The notes: a model not told the origin generated them from the letters alone. Positions 11,306 to 24,232 are shown, numbered from the stretch's first letter. The stretch is DNA of 64,000 nt from Squalus acanthias (GCA_030390025.1 CM059433.1:28398001-28462000), one strand, 5' to 3'. Numbers and translations: made by a program.

Positions 11306-13892
11306 ATGGTGGGCAAGTGAGAGGGACCAGAGAGAAAGTGAGAAATGTAGCCCTCAATCTTAAGTTAGTGAGTACCCCAGCTCTCTGTTTACAGAAGGGC
11401 ATTGGATAATTGTAATTTAACAAATAATCATTGACGGAAAAAGATTTGAACTGATGTGTTGGCACGTCAGGACTTAAAAGTGATTATATGCTACAGCAGC
11501 ATGAATTAAATTATCAGTAGCCCAGTGGGGGTTTGAACCTGTGACCCTCTACTCCATTGAGCCACATATTGGTGCACTGGTTCACTGTGCATTCTTGCTG
11601 CTTTCCTTTCTTCTTGTCGCGTCTGAAGGATAATTGCTGATGACCTCCTGTGGAGCTGGCTGTGGTCAGTTATTGAGATCGACAGTGTGAGGGGAAGTCA
11701 ATTGACAACTTGCAGGTCGTGAGTCCAAGGTGTTTTTGGTACCATTCAGAGAGGTCACCCGTGTGCACTAGCTAAATAATCCCTGAAGGAAAAACAAAAA
11801 AAAAATCATTTAAAAGTGAAGTGCGTTTGGAGAAGACCAATGTGCAGCCTGTTTTCTTGAAATTAAGCAGCTGTAAAATAAATAACAAGTCTGTGGACTG
11901 CTGATATTCTAGAGCTGACACGACCTAAAACTGCACATCTGTTACTAGATAGATCATCTTTCATCTCTCCAAAAATAATAGAGGAGAATCGGCACACTTG
12001 AAAAGCAATTAGCACAAACATGGCATCTGAAGCATATATTTACGATCTCCCATTTGACCTTGTAATCAAAGTTTCTGTCTGCACAAAGGCTCTACATTGT
12101 GTCTAAATTGGTTTTTCATTTAAAACAATACAACGTGCCAACCACATCATCAATTTTAAAAGATAACAGCCGAGTTAATTTCTTTTTCATTTCAACAAAT
12201 GCCAGGCGGACAAGCACAAAGGGAAATGCCCAGTTCTACAATGTTAACTGTCAGATCCTTAGCTTTTATTTTTTGGAACGGTGATTGAAACCTTCAAATA
12301 AAGTGTCGTTTGTAATGAGGTCCAGAATAAAATGACCTGAAGTATTCAACTTTTAAACCTTGGACGTGCTGACATGCTGGAACAATGAGCAGTATCACAG
12401 ATGGCCCTGTTGTCTGGCTGATCAGTGCGAAAGGCTTGGGTTCTGCACCAATCTTTTTTCCCCACAGATAGCATTGTGTAAAGATGGATAAAGCTTGTGG
12501 GCCAGGGTTGTCAAGGACACCACAATTAATAATAGATCATTCCTATGCTGACAAGTTCAAAAAGCAAGATCTGCAACCAGCTTTGTAAAGTAAATGTATT
12601 TTCATCTGTTTTGCAATTTGCCGTGTGTTGAATCAGAAATCAATTTTGGGAAATCTGACTCCTCTCGTTTAAGATAAAATGGGGAGAGTCTTGGGAAGGT
12701 GCCAGGTGTGGGAAATACAGGGGAGATGGATCTGTTTCTGTTCCCTAGTAAAAATCACACACGAGATGAACTCCTTTTAAGATGGCTTATGATATCACAA
12801 GGTCGGATACGTCATCATGTGCCCAGCTCTATTCCCACACATTACAGCAAGGTCTGCCCTGTAACATCAGGTAATTTTTCCCAATATAGGCTAAATGTTC
12901 ATTGCTCATGAGTAAACCTTCAAAACTTGTTACTGTACTTATGGTTCCTAAACTCAAGTCTTTCTCTCTTTCCCCCCCCCCCCCCCCCCCCCCCCCCCAC
13001 CACCTCACCAAAAAAAATGGTTCTTCAATTCATGTTGAAATTAGTAATAAATTTCAATTTTGTCTCTTCATCCTCCCAGTTTGTCATTTTGCCGGAAGAT
13101 CAGATAAGACCATCGCCTGCATCAGGTTTAAGTACAGCGTAAAGTGTTCTCAGGCCCTCGCTATGGCTGATAGCCTCGACTACTGCTTCTGATGTTTCTT
13201 TGGCTGGCACCTGCATTATTTGTTTCGGCTTGCATGCCGGCACCAGGTGGAATTAGTTTTGTAGGCCGGAAGACATCCTGCAATGAAAAAAATGGCTAAA
13301 CCCGGCACAAGCTTGCCCTGTACCATCCTCCAGCGGCCTTGCTCAAGCTGCAGGTAACACTACTTAACTGGCACCATCTGGCATCTGTGGCATGAGCTCC
13401 ACAGGCATCAATCAGTTTGACTTGACCAGTGATGCCTGGCACCAAATGGCCCAATCACTCCCATCAGAAGAAAGCTGACTGTCTTGGATCTTTCAGCGAA
13501 GCATCAAGCACACTCAAACATGCCACTCACCGGCCGCATAGTCTTCAGCCATATGGACCATGACCCCACTACCAAACATCAAGCCATTGTTTCCAAGACT
13601 GTCACTGACGTCATCTCCTTTGGAGATCTTCCCTCCATGGCTGTCAACCTCATAGTCCCCCAACCCCGCACAGCCCGCCTCTACCTCCTTCCCAAGAACC
13701 ACAAACAGGGCTGCCCTGGTAGACCCATCGTTTCAGCCTGTTCTTGCCCCAGGGAAATGATTTCTTCCTATCGCGACTTTTTTTTCTCCCCTTGTCCAGT
13801 CTCTTCCCACCTACATTCGCAACTTTTCCGACGCCCTCTGCCACTTTTAACAGTTTCCACTTTCCTGGCCCCAACTGCCTCCTTTTCACGCT

Positions 13893-14873
13893 GGACGGCC
13901 CAACCATCTTCAGCTGCTTCATCAATGACCTTCCCTCCAACATAAGGTCAGAAATGGGGATGTTCGTTGATGACTGCACAGTGTTCAGTGCCATTCACAA
14001 CTCCTCAGATAATGAAACAGTCCTTGCCCGCATGCAACAAGACCTGGACGACGTTCAGGCTTGGGCTGATAAGTGGCAGGTAACATTCGTGCCATAGAAG
14101 TGCCAGGCAATGACTTATCTCCAACAAGCGAGAGTCTAACCACCTCCCCTTGACATTCAACGGTATTACCATCGCCGAATCCCCCACCATCAACATCCTG
14201 GGGGTCACCATTGACCAGAAATTTAACTGAACCAGCCACATAAATACTGTGGCAATAAGAGCAGGTCAGAGGCTAGGTATTTTGCGGCGAGTGTCTCACC
14301 TCCTGATTCCCCAAAGCCTTTCCGCCATCTACAAGGCACATGTAAGGAGTGTGATGGAATACTCTTCACTTGCCTGGATGAGTGCAGCTAAAACAACACT
14401 CAAGAAGCTTGACACCATCCAAGACAAAGCACCATTGCCTGCTTGATTGGCACCCCATCCACCACCTTAAACATTCACGCCCTCCACCACCGGCGTACCG
14501 TGGCTGCAGTGTATATCATCTATAAGATGCACTGCAGCAACTCACCAAGGCTTCTTCGGCAGCACCTCCCAAACCCGCGACCTCTTCCACCTAGAAGGAC
14601 AAGGGCAGCAGGCGCATGGAAAACACCACCCCCTCCAAGTTCCCCTCCAAGTCACACACCATCCTGACTTAGAAGTATATCGCCGATCCTTCATCGTCGC
14701 TGGGTCAAAATCCTGGAATTCCATCCTAAATAGCACTGTCACCACACGGACTACAGCGGTCAAGAAGGCAGCTCACCACCACCTTCTTGAGGGTAATTCG
14801 GGATGGGCAATAAATGCTGGCCTTGCCAGAGACGTCCACATCCCATAAACGAATTAAAAAAAAAAAAAAAAAA
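13893..14873 (+). mobile_element. CR1-group (Zenon-like) LINE, 5'-truncated, poly(A)-tailed, nested in the Penelope RT
   Basis: GPTIFSCFINDLP, MFVDD, YKAHVRSVMEYS.LAW. 3' end aataaatgctggccttgccag..cacatcccataaacgaatt plus an A-tract. It interrupts the host FT.D..SLYTSIP motif. The Zenon label is tentative. Confidence 0.88.
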
Positions 14874-15289
14874 TCCTCTACACCTCCATCCCTCACCAGG
14901 ACGGCCTGAGTGCACTCCACGGAGTTCTTTCTTGAACAGAGGCCCAACCAGTCCCCATCCACCACCACCCTCCTCCGCCTGGCCGAATTTGTTCTCACAA
15001 TGAACAACTTCTCTGACTCCACTCACTTCCTCCAAATTAAAGGTGTTGCTATGGGAACCCGCATGGGCCCTAATTATGCCTGGCTTTTCGTGGGAAATGT
15101 GGAACATTCTCTGTTCCAGTCCTACTCGAGTCCCCCTCCCTCACCTCTTTTTCCAGTACATTGATGACTGTATTGGTGCCATTTCCTGCTCTCGCCCTGA
15201 ACTAGAAAATTTAATTCATTTTGCTTCCAATTTCTACCCTTCCCTCACCTTCACATGGTCCATCTCTGACTCTTCCCTTCCCTTCCTCA

Positions 15290-15563
15290 GTGTCAGCTGT
15301 GGCTCAGTTGGAAGACCAGGGGAGTTCTCCCCGGTGTCCTGGCCAATATTTATCCCTCAACCAACATAACAAAAACACATTATCTGGTCATTATCACATT
15401 GCTGATTGTGGGAGCTTGCTATGAGCAAATTGGCTGCCGCATTTCCCACATTACAACAGTGACTCCACTTCAAAAATACTTCATTGGCTGTAAAGCGCTT
15501 TGAGACGTCTGGTGGTCGTGAAAGGCGCTATATAAATGCAAGTCTGTCCTTTCTTTCTTTCTT
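15290..15563 (+). mobile_element. Deu-domain SINE with internal deletion, nested in Penelope
   Basis: Head gtgtcagctgtggctcag joined directly to the 3' half. Tail aaaggcgctatataaatgcaagtc plus (cttt)n. Probable TSD ttcctca. Confidence 0.88.
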
Positions 15564-16651
15564 TCCTCAACTTCTCTGTCTCCATTTCTGTGGATAGGCT
15601 ATCGACAAACATCCACTACAAGCCCACTGACTCCCACAGCTACCTGGACTACACTTCCTCCCACCCCGCTTCCTGTAAGGACTCTATTCCATTCTCTCAG
15701 TTTCTCCGTCTCCGCATCTGTTCTGACGATGCCACCTTCCATACTAGTGCTTCCTATGTCTTCCTTTTTCCTCAACCGAGGATTCCCCTCTACCGTGGTT
15801 GACATGGCCTTCGACCGTGTCCGTTCCATTTCCCACACTTCTGCTCTCACCCCTTCCCCTCCCTCCCAGAACCACAATAGGGTTCCCCTTGTCCTCACCT
15901 TTCACCCCACCAGCCTCCACATTCAACGGATCATCCTCTGCCACCTCCAGCGTGATCCCACCACCAAACACATCTTCTCCTCCCCTCCCCTTTCAGCATT
16001 CCGAAGGGACCGCTCCCTCCTCAACACCCTGGTCCACTCCTCAATCACCCCCAACAGCCCCTCCCCTCCTCACAGTACATTCTCATGCAAGCGCAGGAGA
16101 TGCAACACCTGCCCTTTTACCTCCTCCCTTCCCACTGTCCAGGGCCCCAAACACAACTTCCAGGTGAAACAGCGATTTACTTGTACTTCTTGCAATTTAG
16201 TGTACTGTGTTCGCTGCTCACAATGCAGTCTCCTCTGCATTGGGTGACCGCTTTGCAGAACACCTCCACCCAGTCCGTAAGGGTAACCCCGAGCTTCTGG
16301 TCGCTTGTCACTTTAATTCTCTGCTCCACTCCCACTCTGACCTCTCTGTCCTCGGCCTCTTACACTGTTCCAATGAAGCTCAACGTAAGCTCTGAGAACA
16401 GCACCTCATCTTTCGATTCGGCACTTTACAGCCTTCTGGACTTAACATTGAGTTCAGCAATTTCGGACTATAACCTCTGCCCCTATTTTTTCAGGCGGCA
16501 GCTGTTGATGATTCTGCCATCCTCATTTGCAATATTTAATCTCTCCTGCCTTCCACCCTATCACAGACCGTCCCTTTTGTTCTTTCCTCCCCTCCCCCCT
16601 TTCCCTGCCTCTGCACCTGCTTAAAATCTGTTACATCTCTTAACTTTTTCT

Positions 16652-16688
16652 AGTTCTGACGAAGGGTCACAGGCCTGAAACGTTAACT
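16652..16688 (+). ncRNA. Minimal type I hammerhead ribozyme motif (Penelope terminal repeat)
   Basis: agtt-CTGACGA-a-gggtc aca ggcct-GAAA-cgtt-aact. Helix II relies on G-U wobbles. Confidence 0.7.
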
Positions 16689-17472
16689 CTGCTTCTCTCT
16701 CCACGGATGTTGCCTGGCCTGCTGAGTGTTTCTAGCATTTTCTGTTGTTATTTCTGCTGCCATTTATGAGTTATGATACTTGATTAATTTTTTATTTGTT
16801 GTCCCTCTAATGTACATTGCCTCAGTCACCTTCAGATTGACAGGACAGAAGAGCAAGTAGCTCTTTCCAGTGTAATTATGCAATCAGCACTTCATCAAAA
16901 GGGTTGCGAAGGGAATTTGATACAGGTTTAAGTAGAAAGTCCTTACTTTATTTAATATTTCCACTTTCTGGTAATTCATGATGTCAAGCCACAATACTAA
17001 TTTACAACTTCAAATCACTCTGCTTTCTTGTTAGGCGTCAGGTATGGTGTCTGGAAGCTGTTTGCGAACTTTGAACATGTTTAATGCCCCAGTATAAAAA
17101 TAATTTAGTGCAATGTTACTGTTCTCGATTTGGTTGCCATTGCTGTTTGAACAGGGGATTAATGGAAGATGACGCAAATCTGTTCTGAGGATTAAAGGCT
17201 TGTGAAGTAAATAGCCAAGTGCTGCTGTTTTCCATAATAGAAGGGTACTAAAGGTTCATGATGCATATCTGCAGCAACATTTGACATGATCGTGTGTATA
17301 TGTTTCTTTCTTGGGTTCAAAGAAGTCTAAAAGTGGATGTACAAGAAACTTTTATGGCTGGTGACATACATTACCCTAGTTGGATATTTTGTTTTTCTAA
17401 AGTTTATTGAGAGGTGAATGCATTTGATCTGTGTTCTAAGATAAACAGTTGATTGCAAAACAATTACTTTTG

Positions 17473-18095
17473 AAATAACAACAGAAAACGCTGGAAAAAC
17501 TCAGCAGGCCAGGCAGCATCCGTGGAGAGAGAAAGAGAGTTAACGTTTCAGGTCGATGACCTTTCATCAGAACTGGGAAGAGCCGGAAATCGAATAGATT
17601 TAAGGCCAGGGTAAAGCTGGGAAAAGGGGGAGGGGATAAAGGAACAAAGGGGGAGATGAAGAGACATTAAGAGATATGCAAGGCTAGAGGTGGTGTTAAA
17701 GTGACAGATTAAGGCTGAATGAAGTGTGAAATCCACTGGCAGAATGAAGGACAGCTGCCAGCTTCGAGGAGGAAAAAAAAAGGTGGGGGGGGACAAATAA
17801 AAGGGTGGATAAAATAAAATATAAATGTGATTGGAGCTGAGGTTATGATCTAAAATTGTTGAACTCGATATTGAGTCCAGAGCGCTGTAGCGTGCCTAAA
17901 CGAAAGATGAGGTGCTGTTCCTCGAGCTTACGCTGAGCTTCCGTGGAACAGTGTAATAGGCCGAGGACGGTGAGGTCAGAGTGGGAGTGAAGCGGTGAAT
18001 TAAAGTGACAGGCCACCGGGAGCTCGGGGTCCCCCTTACGGACTGAACGGAGGTGTTCCGCAAAGCGGTCACCCAATCTGCGTTTGGTCTCCCCT
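17473..18095 (-). mobile_element. Penelope-like element 3' part (GIY-YIG C-terminus + terminal repeat)
   Basis: ORF 17843-18076 GDRFAEHLRSV..PVACHFN..RKLEEQHLIFRLGTL..GLNIEF. Confidence 0.92.
17538..17574 (-). ncRNA. Minimal hammerhead ribozyme motif
   Basis: Reverse complement reads agtt-CTGATGA-a-aggtc atc gacct-GAAA-cgtt-aact. Confidence 0.78.
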
Positions 18096-18834
18096 TCCCC
18101 ACTGTCAAGCCAGTAATAGGTTAGTAGCCCCTGAAGGTCATTTCTAATTCAGCTGTGGCTCATCGGGGAGTCCTGTGATACAGCATTTCTAGTAGTTCTT
18201 TTTTTAAAAGGGAGCTTCTATTGCCATACCTCTGTTGTCATCTTCTGTAAATATGCAGTTTTCATTTGAAGCACAGCTGGAGTACTTCTCTTCTAAATTT
18301 CAAAGAGGGCTTTTAAGGCCTTCGAACCATACTGCCTGAGAGTGGTTTCAATTTGGTTGGAGTTTGGTCAGTTCTTTTGGATTAACGTTACTCGTTGAAA
18401 TAGGATAGCCTCGTTTGTTTTTCCCCTTTTAATATTTATTCAATACTTAGAGCAAGAAATAATGTTTAGCACACCTATTAATGTCATTGATGAATTTTTA
18501 ACAAGCTTGTTCGACATTGATATTTAATTTTCTTGTGGACAGTTGATCTCTTTCTAGGGGCAGAAGCATTTAATGCATTTTAGTTTTGAATCCTTTTCTG
18601 TAAGTTTAAGCACTCAACTTCGATTATACAGAATCGATTCACTGAACATAGTCCCGATGGTTTAAAAAAATTGTTTTGCTTCTCCTGCTTTCCCCAAATA
18701 TTGAGATTACTTAATTCCTACTTTACAACAGTGACTACACTTCCGAGCTACTTCATTGGCTGTAAAGCGCTTTGGGACGTCTTGAGGTCATAAAAGGCGT
18801 TCTATAACTGCAAGTCTTTTTTATATATCGATAC

Positions 18835-19295
18835 ATTGTCAGCTGTGGCTCAGTTGGTCGCACACTCGCCTCTGAGTCAGAAGGTTGTGGGTTCAAGTCC
18901 CTGAGCACATAAAGCTAGGCTGACACTCCAGTACAGTACTGAGGGAGTGCTGTACTGTTGGAGGTGCCGTCTTTCGGATGAGACGTTAAACCGAGGCCCT
19001 GTCTGCTCTCTCAGGTGGATGTAAAACATCCCATGGCATTATTTTGAAGAGGAGCAGGGGAGTTATCCCTGGTGTCCTGGCCAATATTTATCCCTCAACC
19101 AACATCACTGAAACAGATTATCTGGTCATTATCACATTGCTGTTTGTGGGAGCTTGCTGTGCACAAATTGGCTGCTGCGTTTCCCACATTACAACAGTGA
19201 CTCCACTTCAAAAGTACTTCATTGGCTGTAAAACGCTTTGAGACGTCGGTGGTCGTGAAAGGCGCTGTATAAATGCAATCTGTCTTTCTTTCTTT
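18835..19295 (+). mobile_element. Deu-domain tRNA-SINE, near full length
   Basis: Pol III A-box tggctcagttgg, B-box ggttcaagtcc, Deu core ggaggtgccgtctttcggatgagacgttaaaccgagg, L2-type tail. An extra tail fragment lies at ~18715-18820. Confidence 0.92.
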
Positions 19296-19494
19296 CCACT
19301 GGGGAGAAGGAGCTGGTGGAAGTTACTAAGGATGGGAATGTGGTAATGGAGATCTGTTGTGTGAGAATTTTGGATTAATTGGAGTTTGTGAAAGGAGGTG
19401 TAGGGGAGGCTTGTGATTAGGTCATTTGAGCAACTTGTCGAAGGCATAGATTATGGTTTTAATGGCAGGAAGGAGGGAGATAAGGAAGTATCCC

Positions 19495-19885
19495 AGTGGA
19501 TAAAAACACTGCCTGGTGTAGCACTCAGCTGAACAGTTAAGATAGTGCCAGGTTTAAATTAGTTGATCTCAGCCAGGGTGGCAATTATGGTGCTACAATT
19601 TGCCTCAGTGTCTTTGGGTGAGGGAAGGGAAATAAATCTGCCAGAGTTGCCAGACCTGATGACTATCTATTGATTCCTGTTGGGAAGTTTGATTTTGTGG
19701 ACTATTGGATGCTTGACGAGATTGGGTGTGGTTCCGATGTCCTCCAGGTTTGATCGTCTGCTGGCCATCGATTGTCCAGTGCCTCACATCATGAATGGCC
19801 ACCTGGGTGTGGTACCAGCAGACTGGCAGTACATGTGCAACTGTACCCTAACAAAAGCTGTGCCTTCAAGAGAGAAGGGGGGAAA
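19495..19885 (+). mobile_element. Old tRNA-derived SINE, family unassigned
   Basis: Diverged similarity to fragments at ~5685-5800, 6155-6290, 32620-32720, 53130-53190 (-) and a tRNA-like head at 53840-53925 (-). Confidence 0.5.
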
Positions 19886-20419
19886 TTACACAAGCACGAG
19901 ACTGAAATGGATGGATTATTTGGTCTTCCATGATTTTAAGCATGTGATCTCTGATTGAGATGTTAGGTTCACAACATTTAAGATGTTTAAACACTGTATT
20001 TGTGCCATTCTTGAAACAAAATACAAAGTAAAACATTAAAATTTAAATAAGTGGGGGGAAACCCCGCTGTGTCAGCCAATGAGTTGGAGGCACGGCAGGG
20101 CTCACAGCAAGCAGAGTCTATTTTACAGCAAAAAAGTCTAGTTGCTCAGCGAACAGTCTATTTAAGCAGCACACTACAGCAAACAGTCTACAGAGTCTAA
20201 TTAAAAAGAACTGCAGTAAACAAAACTCATGACTGAAACTACAGCAACGTCTCCCAATAAAAGCAGGGTGATTTCTCCAGCAAAATGCAGTGAGTGGAGG
20301 ATAGTTACATAATACAAACTATGTGCATAAAATCAATCCCAGTCACTTACAGCAGTGCGGTCTCCAGGCGTGATTGACAGGGGAATTATCCAATCAACTC
20401 CATTCTGGCCGGGAATACT

Positions 20420-22330
20420 GGCGTCATTAGTTGTAATTTTCCAAAATTCCATTCATTCTAGAACGGTTCCCGCAGATTGGAAGGTGGCAAATGTAACCCC
20501 GCTATTTAAGAAAGGAGGGAGAGAGAAAATGGGGAACTACAGACCAGTTAGCCTGACATCAATAGTAGGAAAAATGCTAGAATCTATTATTAAGGACGTG
20601 GTAACAGGGCACTTAGAAAATAATAATAGGATTGGGCAGAGTCAACACGGATTTATGAAAGGGAAATCATGTTTGACAAATCTGTTAGTTTAAATCTGTT
20701 AGTTTTTTGAGGTTGTAACTAGCAGAATAGATAAAGGGGAACCAGTGGATGTGGTGTATTTGGATTTTCAGAAGGCATTTGATAAGGTGCCACACAAGAG
20801 GTTTTTAAACAAAATTAGGGCTCATGGGATTGAGGATAATATACTAGCATGGATTGAGGATTGGTTAACGGACAGAATACAGAGTAGGAATAAACGGGTC
20901 ATTTTCGGGTTGGCAGGCTGTATCTAGTGGATCAGTGCTTGGGCTTCAGCTATTCACAATCTATATCAATGATTTGGATGAGGGGACCAAATGTAATGTA
21001 TCCAAATTTGCTGATGATACAAAGCTGGGTGGGAATGTAAGTTGTGAGGAGGATGCAAGGAGGCTTCAAGGGGATATAGACAGGCTAAGTGAGTGGGCAA
21101 GAACATGGCAAATGAAATACAGGAAACTCTTTATTAACCGGCACCGACGGGACCGGCGTGGTGCCGGTTTATCGAAGTACCGGATAACGGAGAGTTATAT
21201 CTACCGAGGCTATTTTTAACAAAGAGACTCCAGGCAGCGCGGGAGAATCAACTCCTGCTACTGCAGTGTTTCGGACTTCCGACAGCGCCAGGAGGCCGAG
21301 TAGTGGCACTTTTGAAAACTACCCCTACTGACTAAATCGGCGTTCTCGGACTCGGGATCGGCAACATTGCCGGTTATTTGAGAGGAGTTTTCGGAGTACT
21401 CGGCGTTCGCGGAGACTCGACTGCGACTCGGCAACATTGCCGGTTAATTGAGAGGAGTTTTCGGAGGATGATTTTTGCCGGTTAAGCGAGAATTCCGGAT
21501 ATTTGGGTGCTGGATAAACAAAAGTTTCCTGTATAATGTGGAGAAATGTGAAGTTATCCACTTTGGTAGGAAAAATAGAATAGCAGAGTATTTTTTAAAT
21601 GGTGAGAGATTGGGAAATGTTGGTGTTCAGAGGGACCTGGGTGTCCTTGTACAAGAATCACTGAAAGTTAACATGCAGGTACAGCAAGCAATTAGGAAAG
21701 CAAATGGTATGTTGGTCTTTATTACAAGAGGACGTCTTACTGCAATTATATAGGGCCCTGGTGAGACCACACCTGGAGTATTGTGTACAGTTTTGGTCTC
21801 CTTACCTAAGGAAGAATATTCTTACCATAGAGGGAGTGCAACGAAGGCTCACCAGACTGGTTCCTGGGATTGGGGGGATTGTCCTATGAGGAGAGATTGA
21901 GTAGACTCGGCCTATATTCTCTGGAGTTCAGAAAAATGAGAGGTGATCTCATTGAAACATACAAAATTCTTACAGGGCTGGACAGGGTAGATGCAGGGAG
22001 GATGTTTCCCCTGGCTGGGGAGTCTAGAACCAGGGGTCACAGTTTCAGAATAAGGGGTCAGCCATTTAGGACTGAGATGAGGAGAAATGTCTTCACTCAG
22101 AGGGTGGTGAATCTTTGGAATTCTCTACCCCAGAGGGCTGTGGAGGCTCAGTCGTTGAGTATATTCAAGACAGAGATCGATAGATTTTTGAATATTAAAG
22201 GAATCAAAGGATATGGGGATAGTGCAGGAAAGTAGAGATGAGGTAGAAGATCAGCCATGATCTTATTGAATGGCGGAGCAGGCTCGAAGGGCCAAATGGC
22301 CTACTCCTGCTCCTATTTCTTATGTTCTTA
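20420..22330 (+). mobile_element. CR1 LINE ORF2 RT to 3' tail, decayed
   Basis: [68 protein letters not shown]. Tail gggccaaatggcctactcctgctcctatttcttatg. Confidence 0.96.
21120..21531. mobile_element. Tc1/mariner-pogo (Tigger-like) MITE nested in CR1
   Basis: TIRs caggaaactcttt / aaaagtttcctg with TA duplicated on both sides. Removing it restores the CR1 reading atgaaatataatgtg. Confidence 0.88.
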
Positions 22331-22489
22331 TTAGATGGAGCCATAAAAACCCTGAAGGTGGTCTTGTTTAATACTCATAAAAGTTGCTGAGGGGTTTAGA
22401 AGTGGTGCTTAGGATGGCTGAAGTGTGCTGTAGGGATTCTGAAGTTATTGGTGCAAAGGGAGATTTCAACTCAAGTTTTAAGAATATAA

Positions 22490-23028
22490 AGTAAGAACGG
22501 AGCAGGAGTAGGCCATACGACCCTTTGAGCCTCCTCCGCCATTCAATAAGATCATGGCTGATTTTGGACCTCAACTCCACTTTCCCGCCCGATACCCATA
22601 TCCCGTCTATCCGTTCGAGTCCAAAAAGCTATTGATCTCAGCCTTGAATATACTCAATGACTGAGCATCCACCGCCCTCTGGGGTAGAGAATTCCAAAGA
22701 TTCCTGGGAAACAGCATCTACCCTGTCAAGCCCTCTCAGAATCTTGTATGTTTCAATGAGATCACCTCTCATTCTTCTAAACTCCAGAGAGTATGGACCC
22801 AGTCTACTCAATCTCTCTTAATAGGACAACCCTCTCATCCCAGGAATCAATCTAGTGAACCTTTGTTGCACCGCCTCTAAGGCAAGTATATCCTTCCTTA
22901 GGATCGGAGACCAAAACTGTGCACAGTACTCCAGGTGTGGTCTCACCAAAGCCCTGTACAATTGCAGCAAGACTTCCTTACTGTTGTACTCAAACCCCCT
23001 TCTAATAAAGGCCAACATACCATTTGCA
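22490..23028 (-). mobile_element. CR1 LINE 3' fragment
   Basis: ORF 22818-23018 [28 protein letters not shown], plus the reverse-complement 3' tail. Confidence 0.92.
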
Positions 23029-23589
23029 GCTTAAAAATGCTAGACACCAGTAACACAAAAGTCAAGATCAAAATACTGTGGGTACAGAAATAGAAAATGA
23101 CCTGAAACACAAAGTCCATGCAAGTTACAGGCAAAATTATATTTATTGGGTTTTAACTAGGTTAGTCCAAATCTCGTCCGTAATGAATGCAATAATGCAT
23201 GGAAACTCAGCAGGAAATAAATACTGAGCCCAAAGTAAGTAGAAGCCTTTTATATATATAAAAAAAGTTGTTTTTCTTGTTACGCAACTGGCCATAGGTA
23301 GTTAATGGCTTCTCCAAACTCCAGCATCTCTCTCATCTCTGTTGCAGTCTCTTGTGTTCCTGTTTTATTAGGATATTATCATTACTGGCCTGAACTTTCC
23401 TCGTGTTCTTCTTAAGCTCTAATACGATGTCTTGCACTACCTTCCTTCTCGCTGCATCACCGTTGTGTTGAAAGCAATACTTATTGTACAATCTCCTACT
23501 CTAGCGCTCTTTCACAGGTCCTCCAACTCCTTTCCTCATTTACTTTTCTTTCCTCTACAATTTGCAGACTTCTCAACCCTAATCTTGTC

Positions 23590-24220
23590 CAACAACAATG
23601 ACTTGCATTTATAAAGCGCCTTTAAGATAGAAAACATGTCCCAAGGGGCTTCACAGAAGCATAATTGGACAAAATTAACACCAAGCTAAAGAATGAGATA
23701 TTAGGAGGGATGACTCCAAGCTTGGTCAAAGAGGTAGGTTTTAAGGATGGTCTTCAAGGAGGAGAAAGAGGTTTAGCCAGGGAATTTGCCAATCGTAGGG
23801 CGAAGGAAGTAGGGGATACACAAGAGGCCAGAATTCGAGCAACGCAGAGATCTTGGAAAGTTGTAGAGTTGGAGAAAGTTACAAAGATAGGGAGGGTCAA
23901 AGCCATGGAAGGATTTGGACATGAGAATGAAAATTTTATTTTGGAGGCATTGGGGGACCATGAGCCAATATAGTTCAGGGGTTCAGGTTGAGCTGGACTT
24001 GGTCCGAGTTGTGATACGGGCAGCAGAGCTGTGGATAGGCTGACGTTTGTGGAGATTGGAGCATGGATGACTGGCCAGGAGAGCAATGGAGTCTGAAGGT
24101 AACAAAGGCATGGTTGAGTGCTTTGTCAGCAGATGGGCAGTGTTATGGAGGTAGAAGTAGACGGTTATTGTGATGGAGAGGATATGGGTTTGGAATCTCA
24201 GCTCGAGATCAAAACATCAA
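23590..24220 (-). mobile_element. L2-clade LINE 3' fragment
   Basis: Starts aacaacaatgacttgcatttataaagcgcct (L2 tail, reverse complement). ORF 23773-23961 VPQCLQNKIFILMSKSFHG..PPYL. Confidence 0.75.
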
Positions 24221-24232
24221 GGTTATGAGCAG

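Larger units (their letters stand above)
13550..16752 (+). mobile_element. Penelope-like retroelement (RT + Cys-rich linker + GIY-YIG + terminal repeat), decayed, with two nested insertions
   Basis: PRTARLYLLPK..PGRPIVS, GVAMGTRMGPNYA, QYIDDC, HYKPTDSHSYL, CKRRRCNTC, NLVYC.RC..C.L.CIG, then the terminal repeat with a hammerhead motif. Confidence 0.93.

Noticed and set aside
12902..13192. Poly-Pro/Gly ORFs
   Set aside because: Produced by the poly(C) tract at 12972-12998 (another at ~313-329).
18835..18905. tRNA gene-like A/B boxes (also 41412, 44078, 51050, 11521, 53860)
   Set aside because: No complete cloverleaf; these are SINE heads or their remnants.
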